A DNA stretch of 64,000 nt from the human T2T-CHM13v2.0 reference genome, Homo sapiens. Below are positions 25,720 to 43,036 of the stretch, in pieces. Positions within the stretch are counted from its first letter, which is position 1. Each line of letters starts with the position of its first letter. Under the pieces are notes generated by a model. The model worked only from the letters and a program-made list of their open reading frames with translations. It was not told the DNA's origin and did not search any database. The stretch lies in the NCBI RefSeq assembly GCF_009914755.1, contig NC_060938.1; one strand, written 5' to 3'. The position numbers and the translations under genes were made by a program.

Positions 25720-26950
25720 GTGTATTAGGTCTATGTTCTTATTTTCTGTATTCTTGATGCTCTGGCATCTGAGGCCTCCCTGCCTGGGGAGAAACTGCCC
25801 TTCCCAGGGCCCTTCAGTTCTTATAGATAGCAAACAGCTGCCTGCCGGGAGCATGACTTTCATGTGCAAAGCAATCAATCCAAAGCCCTACTCTGAACTG
25901 CTTCCTCCATCTGGCTCTTATACTCCAGGAGGCAACATTCCTCTCTGCCTTAGTCATCCCAGGGCAAGGTACAGACAACCAGATTCAGCCCCAGAGCTCC
26001 CTGAAGTTATTCAGTTCTCTTTTTTTAAATTTTTCATTTCCATAAGTTTTGGGGGAACAGGTGGTATTTGGTTACATGAGAAAGTTCTTTAGTGGTGATT
26101 TGTGAGATTTTCGTGCACCCATCACCCAAGCAGTACATACTGAACCCAATTTGTCATCTTTTATCCCTCACCCCTTCCCACCCTTTCCCCCGAGTCCCCA
26201 AAGTCCACTGTATCATTCTTATGCCTTTGGATCCTCATAGCTTAGCTCCCACTTATGAGTGAGAACATACGATGTTTGGTTTTCCGTTCCTGAGTTACTT
26301 CACATAGAATAATAGTCCCCAATCCCATCCAGGTTGCTGCAAATGCCATTAATTCATTCCTTTTTATAGCTGAGTAGTATTCCATCATATATATGTGCAC
26401 ATATCTGTGAACATATATGTGCATATATGTACACACCACAGTTTCTTTATCCACTCATTGATTGATGAGCATTTGGGCTGGTTCCACATTTTTGCAATTG
26501 CGAATTATACTGCCATAAACATGTGTATGCAAGTAACTTTTTCACATAATGAGTTCTTTTCCTCTGGGTAGATACCCAGGAGTGGGATTGCTGGATTAAA
26601 TGGTAGATCTACCTTTAGTTCTTTAAGGAATCTCCACACTGTTTTCCATAGTGGTTGTCCTAGTTGACATTCCCACCAGCCTGTAGAAGTTACTCAGTTC
26701 TAAGGCTGCATACTCACCCTCCCTTGCCCCATGAAAGCCACAATAAAGGCTTTTGCCCACACTTGCCTCTCACTCCTTGTTCCTCCTCACCAGCACTGGT
26801 GCTTCCTCATGTGGCCCCATGCGGCACACCCTGCCTCCTGTTTCTAGTTTTTGTGAGTACAAAAAACCTTTTTTTCATGACCATCATTTCTATACCTCTG
26901 TGTCTTACCACACCTGATTAAAACAAATTCTGGCTACATTTAAAAACACA
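25720..26950 (+). mobile_element. ERV solo LTR (LTR47-like), split by an L1
   Basis: tgtatt...ttttctgtattcttgatgctctggcatctg...caatcaatccaaagccc; resumes after 26701 with aataaa. Confidence 0.6.
26019..26685 (-). mobile_element. 5'-truncated L1PB-like element with 16-bp TSD
   Basis: ggggaacaggtggtatttggttacatg 3' signature; TSD gaagtta(t/c)tcagttct at 26003-26018 and 26686-26701. Confidence 0.88.
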
Positions 26951-28218
26951 TTTGATGTGGGTTTGGCAAACAGTATGCATTTGAGCATGAACTTAGGACT
27001 CAAGGACTTGAAAGCAGAACCTTCAGGATATTGCTAGGACTCAGAAATCTGTGTGTGAACAAGCCCCCCAGGTAATGTGGCTGTTCAGTTGGTTTTGAGA
27101 ACAACTGGTTTAGTCTCAGTCTCTCATTTGGAGGATGAGGAGGCCAAGGCCCAGCCTGGTGGGCAAGTCTGCTTGGGAGACCAAATCCTGGGGCAGGAGA
27201 TTGCATGATGAGCTCAGAATTAAACCAAGGAGCGAGATACTCTTGGCTAGCATGGATTGAAAAGCTCCTCCCTGCTGTTTCTGTCTTCGTAACTCTATTG
27301 CTTAGGATTCTGTGGTTACAAGTATCAAAACTAGCTAGATCTTGGTTTCAGCAGGAAAGGGGACTTTATGAGAAAGATACAGAGGTGTTTCCTGGAGCCA
27401 GGGCAGAGGTGCGGATGAGTCTCAGGACAGCTGGAACCAGGAAACATGATCGGGCAGCCCCTATCTCCCCATGCTCGTCTCTGTCCCTGATTCATCTCCT
27501 GACCTTCAGACCTGCTGCTTCTGCCTCTCCTCTCCTGATTTCACAATTTTAGCCACATGCACGCCGAAATCGGTTCCAATTTCAGCATCCTCAGGGACAG
27601 GCTCTGATTGACTCAGTCTGATTAGAACTATCCTTGGGCTAGTCACAGGCAGGAGCACAAATGTGCCTGGGAGAAATGATCCCATCTCATCAGGGGAGCT
27701 GGGCTGGTTCTGCCAGAGGTGTCCCGGGATTCTTACTGAATCAGAACTCCTGTACCCAGGCACCTCTGTAGGCAGCATCAAAACCTGGGACACTTTTCAA
27801 GGCTGCCCAAGCCTCTTTAGCTTGATCAAGTGCAACTGGGTTCTCTAACTTTTCCATTCCAGTAATGTTTCCTGGTGATCTGGTCTCTTGGCATAAGTTC
27901 AGGAAATATCTAACTTCATCAGCATAATATGTGGGGCTTCTTTGCTGCTAATGAGCTTTTAGATGGTGATGATCACATTCATTATGTGGGATTTTAAAAA
28001 CATGTTATGTTCAGATTATCTTTTCCTGATTCTGAGCGGGCACTTGTAGCCTCCCATACATTTAATATGTGTTGAGTTCTGCCATGAGTCAGGGGCGGGG
28101 CTGGGAGCTCTGCTCTCTTCCAGAGCCATGCAAGAATCCAGCAGGCCCCTGCCTGCGAGGGGCTTCCAGTCTAGCTTCAGAACTCATACAAGTGACTTTC
28201 TTCCAAGCCAGACATTGA

Positions 28219-28815
<597 letters not shown>

Positions 28816-31184
28816 TGACAAATAGTATCATGTTCCCAAGTCCCCAGTGTACTGTTGTCACCCCCATTTTACAGTAAGGAAATAAGGCTCATGAGGACTG
28901 CTCCCCCAGTGACCCACAGCTGATGAGCTAGTAAACTGGATTTGAACCAGGTCAGATGCCAGACCTTTAATGTTGCTTACCTTGTCTTTGACCTTTGGGC
29001 ACTGCGCTTCAAAATGCAGAGCAATTAGGTAACAAGGCAGTAAACAAAATGCCCAATTATGCAGAGCAGGCTGTTAGAATAAGACTATGTACCACCACCT
29101 GCTAATTGTATGGTCCACACTGGTGCAGAAGGCACCAGGAGCTGTTACCAGCTGTGTTTGCAACCCAGTCAGGAGAGGTAGAGATGGTGGATTCAAGTAG
29201 TAAGGCTATGGGTCAACTTGGGTAGAGTTTCAATAATTCATAAATTCTTCAAAACCAAAGCAGTTACAGAAGGGAGAGATCACCATGGGCTGGCGGGGTT
29301 AACGGCTTTTCAGAAGAGTCAGAACACTGGGGAGGCTGAAGAGAGGCCAGATAGATGGAAGGCTGGGAGTTGAGAGGGTTGCACAGCACTAGCAATGGTG
29401 TCATTTAAGAAGTCATTGCCTAATCGAACAGAGACCAGCACGAGCACCATGGAAGGTTTCCACACCGTGACCATGACCTACAGGAATATTTTATACACAT
29501 ACCTGGAAATATAAAAAGGAAACCAGTTTCCTGGAGTAATACTGAACTCTCACTATGTACAGGAACTCTATTTTCTACTTTTTTAAAAAAGAAAATGCTG
29601 GTTGTCCTTCACTAAATTGATTTCACCATCCTCTCCTGGATCTCATCCAACAGTTGAAAAACATAGCAATGGAACGGGTCGGTTGAAGCACTGTTTCTTA
29701 GGAAACAATGGTGGGCCGTGACACTGGCCACGTGGGTGGGGCCAGATGGGGGTGGATGTTGAAACCGGATGCAAAACCCATAGCAGGCAAGAAAAAGGCA
29801 AACACCTCATGCAGTTTGGTGTCTGGGAACATATGAAAATTATCCTTCTACTGTGGCGTTTGTATATACCCGCAAAGACGTTCCTGGGCATTTAAGCATC
29901 CAGGGTTACAATTCCCCAAAGCGAATTCTTCCTCTACATACGGAGTTTTCTGTCAATTCTAGAAATACACTAGGCCTTCCTCAGCAACCTAGATGAGTTG
30001 GGATGTGGACTCACCAGAGAAGAACGTGGAATTTTGGACAAACCAATCAAGGCAGGAAAACTTTTGGCCATTTGTACAGGGACTACAAGCTACAGAAAGG
30101 TGTATATAGAGAAAGATCTAGAAAGAGATGGATGGATTTGCTTATTTCAAGCTAACCATATTCTCTTGGCTAATTATTATAAGCAGCTGATTTTTTTTTT
30201 TTAGTAAAAATACTTTTAATGATTTAGGAAGATTCTAGCACAAATATTACAGAGCAAACACAGCTAGTGCCAGTCTACTTTGCAATTTTTAAAATTGAGA
30301 TGTAATTTATATGCCATAAAATTCGCCCTCATAAACTAATTCGTGGTTTTTGCTATATTCACAGAGCTGCGCAGCCATCACCAATATATAATTCTAGAAT
30401 ATTTTTATTATCCCACTTTTCATAGTCCCATGAGCATGACTGCCCATTCCTCTTCTCTTCCATCCCCTGGCAACCACTAATCTACTTTCCGTCTCTATGA
30501 ATTTCCTATTCTTGACATTTATATAAATAGAATCTATCAATATATGGCCTTTTGTGTCTGACTTCTTTCACTTTGTGTAATGTTTACAAGATTTGTCCAT
30601 GTGGTACCATGTATCAGTACTTCATTCCTTTTTATGGCTGAATAATATTCCTTTGTATTTATATGCCACATTTTGTTTATCCATTCATCACTTGGTTAAT
30701 ATTTGGGTTGTTTTCATTTTTTGCTATTATAAATAATGCTGCTGTGAACATTTGAGTAAAAGTTTTGGTATGGACATATATTTTTATTCTTTTTGGGTAA
30801 AACTAGGTGTAGAATTTCTGGGTCAAACTCTTTGAGAAACTGTCAGACTGTTTTCCAAAGCAGGTGTACCACTTTACATTCCTATCAGCAATGTATGACG
30901 GTTCCTATTTTCCCACACCCTCACCAATACTTGTTATTTATCTTTTTTATTCTAGTAATACTTGTGGCTGTGAAATCGCCTTGAATTACATTTTCCTAAT
31001 GACCATTTTCTTTGGAGAACTGTCTATTCAAACACTTTGCCTTTTTTAAGAAAATTGGGTTTTTAAAATTGTTGAGTAGTAAGAGTTCTTTACATATTTT
31101 GGACAATAGACCCTTATCAGATATATTATTTGCAAAATGATTTTTTTCCATTCAATAGGTAGTATTTTCATGGTCTATCTTTTC

Positions 31185-31871
<687 letters not shown>

Positions 31872-34025
31872 TGAATCACAAAAGTTTTTAATTGTGATAA
31901 AATATAATTTACTTATTCTTTTGTTGCTTGTGATTTTGGTGTCATTTAAGAAATCATTGCCCAATCCAAGGTCATAAAGAGTTGTGCTCATGTTATTTTA
32001 TAGTTGTAGCTCTTATATTTAGGTCTTAATCATTTTTTAATTCAATTTTTGTGTATGGTATAAGACAGAGCACCAGTTTCATTCTTTTGCCTATGGGTAT
32101 CCAGCTGTCTCTGCACCATTTGTTGAAAAGATTATTGTTTTCCTATTGAATTGTCTTGATACTCTTGTCAAATATCAAGATATTAAATGCCTGGGTTTAT
32201 TTCCGGACTCAAAATTTTATTCCATTCTTATGCCAGTAAATGTCGAGTCCATAAATAAACCCTTAAATATCTGGGTTTATTTCTGGACTCATAATTTTAT
32301 TCCATTCTTCCAGTAGCAGTCTCTCCTGATTACTGTAGCTTTGTCCTAAGTTTTAAAATCACAGTGTGTAAATTTCCCAGCTTTGGTTTTTTTTTTTTTT
32401 CCAAGACTGTTTTGGCTATTTGGGGGTTCCTTATATTTTCATATGAATTTTAGGCTCAGCTTGTCAGTTTCTGCTCAGCTACCTGGGATTTTGATAGGGA
32501 TTGCATTGAATGTATACGTAAGTTTGGGGAATATTACTGTCTTAACCATTTTAAGCCTTCCGATTCATAAACAGGATTTCTTCTCATTTATTTAGGTCTT
32601 CTTTAATTTCTTCCAATGATGTTTGGTAGTTTTCAGCATACAAATTCTCTACTACTTTTGTTGCATAAATGTTAGGTTTTTAAATTTTTTGATGGCATTG
32701 TACACGGAATTGTTTTCTTAATTTTATTTTTGAATTGTTAATGTAGAAAAACACAACTGAATTTTGTAAATTTATTACATATCTTACAAATTGGCTGAAC
32801 TTGTTTATTAGTTCTAATAGGTTTTTATGGGTTCCTTAGAGTTTTCTATATACAAGATCATGTCATCTACAAATAGGGATAGTTTTACTTCTTCCTTTCC
32901 AATCTGAATCACTTTTATTTATTTTTCTTGCCTAATTTTCTTGGCTATAATCTCTAGTTCAGTGTTGAAGGAGTAAGAGCAGACATCTTCATCTTGTTTC
33001 TGATTTTGCAGTGAGGTGGGGAGGGGAGGGTTGCAATAGCTTTCAATCTTAATTGTTAAGTATAAGTGCTAGCTGTGGGTTTTCCATAGATGCCCTTTAT
33101 CCAGTTGAGAAGGTTCCCTCAGTTCCTAGTTTGTTGAGTGTTTCCATCAAGAAAGAGTGTTGAATTTTGTCAAATGTCTTTTCCGTGGCAGTTTAGAGGA
33201 TTGTGTAGTTTTATCCTTTATTCTATTAATGTAATGTTTTACATTGATTGAATTGTATATGTTAAATCAAGCTTTCATTCCTGGGATAAATCCCACTTGG
33301 TGGTGGTGTATAATCCTATCTATATGTTACTGGATTCCAGTTTGCTAGAATTTTGTTAAGGATTTTTGCATCAATATTCAGAAGGGATATTGGTCTGTAG
33401 TTTTCTTTACTCTTGATATCTTTGTCTGCGTTTGGTATCGAAGTAATACTGGCTTCATAGAATAAATTGGGAAGTGCTCCCTACTGTTCTATTTTTTGAA
33501 AGAGTTTGAGAAGGAGTCATGTTAATTCTTCTTTAAACATTTGGTAGAAGTCACCATGAAGCCATCTGGTCCTGGCTTTACTTTAAGGGAAAATTTTAAA
33601 TTGCTGTTTCAATCTTGTTTTAAATCTATTCAGATTTTCTGTTCCTTTCTGAGTCAGTTTTGGTAGTTTGTACCTTTGCAGAATTTTGTCTGTTAGGATT
33701 CTTCGTAGTATTCCCTAATAGTTTGTTTTATTTTTGTAATGTTCATAGTGATGTCCCTGTTTTATTCCTGATTTTAGTAATTTGAATCTTCTCTCTTTTT
33801 TTCTTGGTCAGTCTAGCTAAAGGTTTGTCAATTTTATTGATCTTTTCAAAGAGGCAACTTTCAATTTCTTTGATTCTTTGTATTTTTTTTTTATTTTCTA
33901 TTTCATTTATTTTCACTCTAACCTTGATTCTTTTCCTTCCTCCTGCTTTCTTTGGACTTCATTTTCTTTTCTTCTTTTATTTTTCTTAAGGAGAAAGGTT
34001 TGGACATTGATTTGAGATCTTTCCC

Positions 34026-34336
<311 letters not shown>

Positions 34337-36423
34337 TTTCCCTTTTTTAATATAGGTATTTTACAGCTATGCATTCCTAAGTACTGTTTTCACTATATCC
34401 CATAAGCTTTAGTATGTTACATTTTTTTGATTCATCTCAAAGTATTTTCTAATTTTTTTGTGCTTTCTTCTTTGACCCTTTATTTAGGAGTATGTTATTT
34501 CATTTCCCATGTATTGGTGAATTTTCCAGTTTTCCTTCTGTTATTGGTTTCTAATTCTGTTCCATTGTGGTTGGAGAACAGGAGATTATCTCCTGTTCTA
34601 GGGTTTGTGGTTGTTACTCTTTATTATTGTTGCTTGTTTAGTGACTTTTCTAAACTAATTCTGTAAAATTCATATTCTTTGTTGTGTGTGGCCACTGAAG
34701 TCTCTGCTAGGTTAGCCTAGAGGTCAGCTAATGATTAGACAGAGAATTCCCTAGGTTCCTGGATCCAATCGTTCTCCCAGTCTTTGCCAAGGGACTCTGT
34801 ATGTGTTTTGGGGCATGCCTCCAACACTCAGGCGGGTAGTTCACAACTCTATAGTAGCCTTTCCTTCTTATTTGCACAGAGCCTCAAAGTTAGGCAGAGA
34901 TGAAAGCTTACAGCAGTCTCGAGTCTTTCCTGAGCATGTGAAGAACCCTGGGCACAGCCCTGTGCATGCTCATGGTCTGTTAGATTCCCAGAGATATCTA
35001 GGAGCTTTTCAAAGCCCACTGTGGATGTCTCATTCCCCAGCTTTTCCTTTTATGCTTTTTGGTTAACCTATTGTTTGTCCCAGCTGTCATCTGCCACTTC
35101 CAGCAACATGATTTAATAATTGCCTCTAATTGTTTTTGACAAACACCTCCAAGTAAAAAGCTATTCACACTGGGTAAGCTCAGATTCTGGTAAAATAAAG
35201 ACAGCCTTGAAAGTGGAGTCTTCTAAGAAACCACCAGACAGGTCAAATAATAACAATTCTGTGGGAATGAACTTGGGAGGTCCTCCAACCTTGTTCTGCC
35301 CCCTCTTGTGGCTGCTAGCCTGCTGTTTTTCAATGTGGTTGCATGCTGCTGGATTTCAAAACTACTCCAGACCTGGCAAGAAGGAATAAAAATAGGGAAA
35401 GTTAAAACTCCACAGAGTTCACTGTTCTTACTAAGGTCCAACTGATTTTTTTAAATAGATATTCCCTGGATTGCTGCAAACCTTAGGTTAATTCTGGAGC
35501 TCTGAAAACGTTGATTCTGACAATTTTTTGCTGTTGTTCTCAATGCTTCTACAAAAAATAAAAATTGCAGAAGTCCTTCCTCCACCATTTCATTGATGAG
35601 CAGGCCAGTTTTTAACCTGCTTGTGCACACCTATATTCAGTGGCTTATTAAGGAAACTATGCTTACACTCAATGGCTTATGAGGCCTCTTTTCCTCCATT
35701 GAATTGTTTCTGGATTCCCTTGGTAGGGGCCAGTGAGATCTGGACTGCAGCCAGGGCACACATTTAGTCTTGCACCAGTCTTGACTACATGACCTTGGGA
35801 CAAAGGATCTGAGATTTCCAAAGCACCTGCTGTGTGCCAGGCCCCGTGTGCTGGGTGTTTTATGTACACTCTGTCACATCATTCTTGCAACAACCAAGAA
35901 GGAGATACCTTTCTCATTTAACAGATGAGGAAACCAATAAGATGCAAAGCACTTAGCACTGTGCCTGCCGCACATGGCAAATGCTGGATGTGTTGATTAT
36001 TGCTGCCCTGTTGTTGTTACATCTAAGTTATTATTGTCAGAGGAGGAAGTAGAGCTGGGATTCTCAAGGTCCTTTGACTTCCAGCCCAGGGCTGTCTGTC
36101 TCCAAAGCCCAACCATAACTCACATCCCCATTCCAGCTCCTCTGGGTGAGTCTGTTCCCCCTCAGCCTCACTTTCCTTATCCTGTCAAATGAAGGATTTG
36201 GAATGACTTAAGTTATTCAAGCAACAAACACTTACTGAATTGTCTTGCCACTTCCAGGGTGACATTATGGAGTTCTGTGATTCTGCAAGGTCAGTTGCCT
36301 AGAGTCACATCGGTGGCATTCTCTTATTTAGCTTGAAGACTAAATCGACAGGTAGACTGGCAGGTGTGTTACCCAGTGTCTTTCTCTCCCCCTCCTTTCT
36401 CACTCTGCCCCTTCACCCTGCAG

Positions 36424-36590
36424 AGGCCAGAGGGGACAAGGTCAAGTGGGTGTTCACCTGGCCCCTCATCTTCCTCCTGTGCGTCACCATTCCCAACTGC
36501 AGCAAGCCCCGCTGGGAGAAGTTCTTCATGGTCACCTTCATCACCGCCACGCTGTGGATCGCTGTGTTCTCCTACATCATGGTGTGGCTG
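36424..36590 (+). CDS. SLC24A4: SLC24A4 coding exon 13 (167 nt; EARGDKVKWVFTWP...FSYIMVWL)
   Basis: ctgcag|AG acceptor, CTG|gtgagt donor; follows a 26 kb intron; phase 1 matches exon 12. Confidence 0.96.
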
Positions 36591-37029
36591 GTGAGTGGGG
36601 GGAGCAGGGGGTGGACTGTGTGCACAGCCAGGGAGAGGTGGAGAGCTGGGTTCAAGGCTAACCACAGGTACTGCTGTGCCACCTTTGGGCGAGTCACTGG
36701 CCTCACTGACCACAGCGTATTTCTCAGTAGAAAAGGGTTTGAATGAGGTGCATGACTCTGTCAGGTACCCGGAATGCAGAGACACAGCACAGTGCCTGCC
36801 TTCGAGTGTGAGGGAAGGGGACCAACCTTTGCACAGGCAGCCTAAATCACACTGTTCTGGTGTTACAGGCAGAGCAATATGACAGGTGGATGATCACCAA
36901 GCCCCCTTGGTTTCCGGGGTCCCAAGGGAATGTGAAGGAAGGAGACTGGAGTCAAGGGAGATGAGGTTGAACACAAGGCAGCTTGTTCCTTGCTCCTGCC
37001 CAGGAATGCTCCTCCCCCCACCGATGTGC

Positions 37030-37245
37030 TGGTGCTGGTTTAAGCACTTCATATAAACTCTTTCTTATCCTCATAACAGCCCCATGGGATGGGTGCTATT
37101 ATCTCCATCTAACGAATGGGGGAAATCGAGGCATAGAGAAATTGAGTAATTTCCCCAAGGTTACACAGTTAGTGAGTGCCAGAGTTAGGATTAGGACCCA
37201 GGTATTGATCTCCTAAGCCCATGATCTCAACTACTACCATAAGCT
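37030..37245 (-). mobile_element. MIR
   Basis: atcctcataacagccccatggga...ggaaatcgaggcatagaga...cccaaggttacacag. Confidence 0.75.
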
Positions 37246-38170
37246 GCCTCTCAGTTTGCTACTGGACTTTTCAGATTTCTTTGGATGGGAGTTTTGCAGG
37301 CAGAGAGGCATTGGTGTAGCTCCTCATAAGCTCCTATGGCCATACAGGACAAGTCCCCATGTAAACCTTTCATCGGCTGGGCTGGGCTGGGTCAGGCCAC
37401 ACAGGAGCCTCCTTCCCCACTCTCTGTATACCACCTAATGGGGTCCCTTCTTCTCCTCCTCATTCCCAGGAGCAAAGAGAGGGGAAGCAGTTCCAGCATG
37501 GCTGCAGTTCTGTTGATTGTGAAACTCACTCTCAGCCCCTTACACCCTAGTGGTTAACATCGAGTCCCTTTATTCTCCTCCTAATGCCTGACACCAGCAG
37601 CAGAGAAGGCAAGCGATCTTGACATGAGAGACAGCAGGGCCAGTAAACGTTCCATGCTGGCCCAGGGGCCACCTTTCCCTTAACTCCAGAGAAACCGTGT
37701 CGTTTGGTGGGGAACAAAGGATCCTGGATCACATGAGAACAGCGCTGAATCCTAGTCCTACCTCTTGCAAACCACAGAAGCTGGTGACTCCCTCTATGAA
37801 GTGGGGGTGATCATCACTCTCTTACAAGGCCATTGGGAGAATGAAAAGAGAGCCCAGCACATTCTAGGCACTTGGCCAATCCTGTCTCTTCCCTCCCCCC
37901 AACCCAATCACGCCTTCCCCCATCTCTCCCAGAGCATTACTGGAATTCTAAACAGTGTATGGGAGCCATTTTGCCTATGCTTTCCTGAAATCCCACCCTT
38001 TGGCCGGCTCCCTCACCTCAGATGCTTCCTCAGGCTGATCAGAGACCTGCCGCAACCTCTGTGAGTGTCCTTACTCATGCAGCAGCCCTCCTGTCCCTGT
38101 GGCAGAGCCTCCCCAAGACACCAGCTGGTGGAAGGTGCTGCCCCCAGCCTGTTCCCTTTCTCCCTTTCTT

Positions 38171-38285
38171 CTGGTACCTGCTTAGAGCTCTGTATCCCAA
38201 AAGGAAGCTCAGGACGGACTCTGTGACTCCTGGTACCGGCTTAGAGCTCTGTATCCCAAAAAGAAGCTCAGGATGGACTCTGTGA
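38171..38285. repeat. 59-bp tandem duplication (2 copies)
   Basis: ctggtacc.gcttagagctctgtatcccaaaa.gaagctcagga.ggactctgtga at 38171 and 38230. Confidence 0.9.
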
Positions 38286-38901
38286 TTGTGTTTTAGTGAA
38301 TGAAACAAGTCATGTAACTCAGGAGAGGCAGAACCACTCCAAGCCTCCAGGACCCCAGCATCTGCCCCAGCCCCAGGCACTCACACTTGGAACACCCTGG
38401 CCTTGGTTCAGCTAAATGGGGGACATGGGGACACTTGAACATTCAAGTCCCCCAGGACCTCATTCATGTCCCTCCTGACCACTCCCTTTCACACCCTACT
38501 CCCAGCCCAAAACAGTTTGGTTAGACTGTGTCAGAAGCATCCAGTCGTTAGCCGCTTATTGAAACCAACAGCCAATTAAGGGTGATTACCTGGTAACAGT
38601 CAGATGATCATGAGCGTTGCTGAATAATACACAGTTTGGCCACTGAGTAGTGTGATTTCTTATAGTGCCCTTCTTGTGTCGAATTAGTGTTGTGTACATT
38701 ATACCCAATTTCAACCTAATCTTACTTCATCTTGTTCAAGCATTGTGATTTGAGTTTGCAGCATGGTTGGTTGCTCATGACAGTAAATATTAGCCATTTT
38801 CACCATGAGATGCAGCAGTGCTGTTTCCATGCTTCCATGATGAAGATTAAAGTCCCCACAGCCCACTCCATATGGGGGATGGGGAAGAAGATTTGGAATT
38901 A

Positions 38902-39235
<334 letters not shown>

Positions 39236-40407
39236 ACTCCCTAGAAAAAGATGACAATCAGAGATAAAGAAAACTGTGCCTTAAGTGAATTGGATTTGCA
39301 ATTTTTAATTTTTCTGAATAAAATTAAAGGCCAATTCATCTTACATTTTAAAGAAAGGATCCAGCGATTTCTCTTACTGAAGTGTATTTCCAAAACAACA
39401 TTACAAGTAAAAAAAAAAAGTATTTCATGACATTTGAGTGGGTGAGAGAATCAGGAAGATCAAATTAATGAATATGTGAAATTCTTCTCTAGTTACAGAA
39501 AATAACCATATGATTAAATCAGTTCTGCTAATTTTCAGTGAGACAGGATACTCCAACCCCCACCACCTTGAGGTATAAACCCCACCCTTGTTTCTTAAAC
39601 CAGGGTCATGGGGTCACAGGAACCACTTTACTGGGGCACTCTTACCTATGGGTTTGAACTTCAAATAGCCTCATTCTGGGGGAGTAGAATGGCCTTGACA
39701 GTAAAAGTCTATAAAGAAGGCAGTGTCCACGTTAGCCTTGATCTCTGCCTATGCAAGATGTGCCCACCTCAGCACCCTGCGCTTACTTTCACTATGTCCT
39801 GGTGAGGCTCCAGCAAGCAGTGAAGCCCCACCTGTCCATCCCCTGTACCTCCACCTTTTATTAATACATCTCTCACCCCCAAGGCTTTGGAAGAATGATT
39901 CTTGAATATCAGTGTCAAAAGGGAGAGGCCTTGGAAATGGATTGTCCATTTCCCCAGAACACTTGTGCAGTTGGGGAAACTGAGGACCAAAGAGAAGAAA
40001 TGACTTCTGTAAAGTCACACAGACAGGCAGGGCAGAGCCAAGACCAGCCGCCAGGGTCCTGGACTTGAATCTGCTTCCTGGTCTGAAGCCTGAGTGTTGG
40101 AGGGCTCAGAGGGCCTGGGCATGGAGTCCAGGGTAAAGCAGGGTTCATGTGGCATCCCTGGTCCTGAGCACTCTGGATGGTATGTGCACACTCAAGACCT
40201 TCCTTCCATCCTTCCATCCTTTGGCTTCTTAGCCTCGTAGTTCAGTGGGGGTTTTTTTTGTTTTGTTTTGTTTTGTTTTAAAAGAGGCAGCCCCAGTAAT
40301 TCTAAAATAACTGTTTCCTACGCTTACAGTGTCTCTAATACTAGGAATATTTCTTTAGTCCACACACTGTTGGTTGAGAGTTCATGTCTCCACCCCACAT
40401 TCTGCAG

Positions 40408-40522
40408 GTGACTATTATCGGATACACACTTGGGATCCCGGATGTCATCATGGGCATTACTTTCCTGGCAGCAGGGACAAGTGTTCCAGACTGCATGGCC
40501 AGCCTAATTGTGGCGAGACAAG
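40408..40522 (+). CDS. SLC24A4: SLC24A4 coding exon 14 (115 nt; [38 protein letters not shown]), alpha-2 repeat
   Basis: ctgcag|G acceptor, CAAG|gtatgg donor; GTSVPD is the CaCA-family alpha-2 motif. Confidence 0.97.
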
Positions 40523-41573
40523 GTATGGATTATGCCCCAGCCCTCATAGTCATGCAGTGCAGGCCACTGTGTCCTCGTCCCTGCCTGACTTACAGTTGAC
40601 CAAGTTGTGGCTCTTATGACTGGCAGTTGTCAAGTCCTGCTGTGGAGAAAAACTGCGACATCTAGAAAGCATCATTTATTAGATTCCATCCACAGAGAGA
40701 ATGCTACCAAGATGAACTCCTCCAGACCTCTATCTAGAAGCTTTTGCTAGTGTGGTTGTATAAAAACAAAAATGTTCTGAGGTCAGCAGTCAATGTGAGA
40801 TTGAACAGAGGCCAAGCCCAGACTTTATACAGCAAATGAGCTAATAACAAGAAACATTCTGGTCCCAGAAAGGCAAAGCACTGGCATCCTATACATCCAA
40901 CTCCCCCATTCTTCTTCTGACCTCTAGAACGTGTATAATGTTTTGGTTTGTTTGGTGGTTTTCGTTTTGGGCTTACTACGTGGCATGGGCTGAGCAACAC
41001 AAGGAGTGAGTGTATGAGCTTTGATGGTGGAACAAAAGAGCTGTAACAAGTGCAGGTTTTACTGACTTCTTTTCTGCTAGCCAGGTAGCATCCCAGCATG
41101 GACATCCACAGATCTTCCTCACAGCACAGAGTTTGAAAGTATAGGGATGGGGATGGGTGAATAATGGCGTAAAATCTCACAGGAGACAGGAGAAGAGAAC
41201 AGTGCCCAAAGAGAGAGGTTGGCTTTGGGAAGAGAGACAGGACGTGTTATTCCTCCAAGATAAAGGGTTGATTGGTTGGTTAGTGAGTTGAGCCTGAGAA
41301 ACCACGAGATGAGGGGAAAGGAAGAGTGGAAGTACGTTTGCTGGTCGGCAGGGCCCTGACAGCGAATGGGGACAGTTAGGGACAGCAGCTGAGGGAGGAA
41401 TGGAATTTAACTGAGTGATCTTTGATGTGAGCGTGTTAGTTTCCTAGGGGAGTCATAACAAAGTGCCACAATGGGGTGCCTTAAAATGACAGAAGTTCAT
41501 TGTCTCACAGCTCTGGCAGCTAAAAGTCTGAAAGTCAGGTGTCAGCAGGGCCATGGTCCCTTGAAGGCTCTAG

Positions 41574-42115
<542 letters not shown>

Positions 42116-42711
42116 AGACTTCCTCCTTCCTATAAGGAGACCAGTCATCAGATTAGAGCTCACCCTAATTTAGTATGACCTTACCTTAATTTGAGTACAT
42201 CCTCAGAGACCCTATTTCCAAATAAAGTCACATTCACAGGTTCCAGATGGACATGAATGGGGGCAGGGTACTCAGCCCAGTACAGTGAGTACAAGGAAAG
42301 CTGGTGAGCACCGGGGCCCTGGCCGATGTTCAGCGACATGAACTTGGTGGGATTCAGTCATGCCAGCGCCAGCGGTGCACAGATGACAAGTTCATCCCTA
42401 GCCAGAGTCAGCTGGGTGGACACAGTGGAAGGTCAAGGGACAAGGAAATGTGCAGTTTAAACAACTGGCCCTGGAGTTCAGGCTAGGGAGGGGTGTTAGG
42501 ATGCTGGAAGTTTAAGGGCTTGCAGGAGTGGGGAGTGTCCCAGTAAGATCAACAAAGGGTCTCTGTTAGGACCAAGGGACAGATGGGGCTCTGAAGCAGC
42601 ACATCATCTCAGAGTGGCTACAGCGAAATGTGGCAGTACAGAAACTGAGGAAGGGTGAGGCCAGGGGCGGGGGTTGCGTAATAGTCCTCAGGGTAACATT
42701 GATATGATTGA

Positions 42712-43036
<325 letters not shown>

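Noticed and set aside
38171-38285. Repeat containing ttagagct resembling a CRISPR direct repeat
   Set aside because: Only two adjacent copies, no spacers, no cas genes, human intron
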